Virus record (IMG/VR): IMGVR_UViG_3300025110_000119
Span: 1 to 25,049 of that record
Strand: one strand, 5' to 3'
Length of the DNA: 25,049 nucleotides
From: a virus
Taxonomy: Duplodnaviria; Caudoviricetes
Part shown: one piece after another, positions 24,148 to 25,049 of the stretch
Layout of the letters: every line of letters begins with the position of its first letter
Position numbering within the stretch: the first letter of the stretch is position 1
The notes under the pieces: generated by a model
Database searches by the model: none
What the model was told of the DNA's origin: nothing
The model's input: the letters and a program-made list of their open reading frames with translations, nothing else
Position numbers and translations under genes: made by a program

Positions 24148-24524
24148 CAGAAGCTAGCCCCAAATTCAGACTGAATAGTTGGACCGCCAGTGCCGTAATT
24201 AACATTTAGTCCTACGTTCTTATTTCTCCAGCCAGCATTTAATTGAGTATTCCCTGGAATCTGCATTGGTCCCATGAAAGGATCATCAATAGCACTAGGC
24301 AATGTATAAGTTCCGCCTACATTGAGATCACCTCCGAACAAAGGAGTCGAATAGTCTCCACCAATTGACTTCACTTGGTCTTGGTCTAAGTCAACATTGA
24401 TATTTAATGGAGGTTTATCGCTGTTCATCTGTAGAAGTTGTTCTACTAACGGGTTTTCCCCTGCCTTTCTAATACCTGAATTTTGCCCTGCCCCCAGTAA
24501 AGCTAATTGCTCTTGTAAATCCAC
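24147..24524 (-). CDS. hypothetical Gly/Asn-rich beta-strand protein
   Basis: Alternating strands LNVGGTY, LNAGW and VGLNVNY, C-terminal Phe; TAGAAT upstream at 24550-24555. Confidence 0.8.
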   Translation of the reverse strand: MDLQEQLALLGAGQNSGIRKAGENPLVEQLLQMNSDKPPLNINVDLDQDQVKSIGGDYSTPLFGGDLNVGGTYTLPSAIDDPFMGPMQIPGNTQLNAGWRNKNVGLNVNYGTGGPTIQSEFGASF

Positions 24525-24558
24525 TACTACGACAAGACACTATTCAATCATTCTAGTC

Positions 24559-24777
24559 TTATTCTTTTCCTAAAAGTTTAATTAATAGGGGTCGCAACTC
24601 ATGTGCTGGAGGGTAATGTCTCATTATTGCTCTTGCTTCTCTTCTGACTTCTCTAGGAATCCTTGGTGTTTCCTTTGTATCAGTTAAACGAAGCAAGAAC
24701 TCCCTAGCACCAACCATTGCTTCTATTTGTTGATTGGGTTGACTAATTCTGAGCTTCATCTTTTTGCTCGAAAACAA
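24559..24777 (-). CDS. BPSL0761-like small phage protein
   Basis: AREFLLRL..TPRIPREVRREARAIMRHYP pattern; the true start may be the internal MKLRIS. Confidence 0.7.
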   Translation of the reverse strand: MFSSKKMKLRISQPNQQIEAMVGAREFLLRLTDTKETPRIPREVRREARAIMRHYPPAHELRPLLIKLLGKE

Positions 24778-25036
24778 TCTTCTTGGCGTTGTCTCTGACT
24801 TCTAACCCATCTCTTACATTTTTAATATGCCAATTATTCGACATGTCTTGGACAATTTCTCGACCCAACTCCAAAGCAAAGTCCTCTGCTAGCCCTGTAA
24901 AAACAGCATGGGGGTGCTGGCCTTTTGGTAAATCATGACGACCAGAGCGATCATATAGATAATTAATAAAATCACAGCGGTTCTGCTGCTGCCTGACTTC
25001 TCGTTTTGCTTGTTCTCTTTGGTCAATTAATGTCAT
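24743..25036 (-). CDS. hypothetical protein
   Basis: 97-aa ATG ORF with LYDRSGR...H..FTGL motif. Confidence 0.8.
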   Translation of the reverse strand: MTLIDQREQAKREVRQQQNRCDFINYLYDRSGRHDLPKGQHPHAVFTGLAEDFALELGREIVQDMSNNWHIKNVRDGLEVRDNAKKIVFEQKDEAQN

Positions 25037-25049
25037 GCGAGACTTGGCT

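Overview
A segment of a large, probably temperate marine cyanophage, most likely infecting Prochlorococcus; no structural genes are recognisable. Left: a replication/recombination block with an SSB-like C-terminal tail, a PD-(D/E)XK exonuclease, a tandem array of three hli genes (two missed by the ORF track), an XRE-HTH regulator divergent from a PriCT-2/VirE primase-helicase, and a symmetric origin-like non-coding region. Middle: DUF3288, dCMP deaminase, two DUF4214-like proteins, a DUF5664 nucleotide diphosphohydrolase, an NblA-like protein, an HNH nuclease and a cluster of secreted/membrane proteins. Right: an excisionase-like HTH gene, DUF2997, a tyrosine integrase and an attP-like site (3' 48 nt of tRNA-fMet, a terminator, and TGGGCC repeats on both sides). 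The most unusual signal is four intact ORFs within 5 kb (His-Me/HNH, ThyX, N6-adenine methyltransferase, M15 peptidase) that keep their family scaffolds but lack key catalytic motifs. All family calls are by-eye motif recognition; no database search was run.
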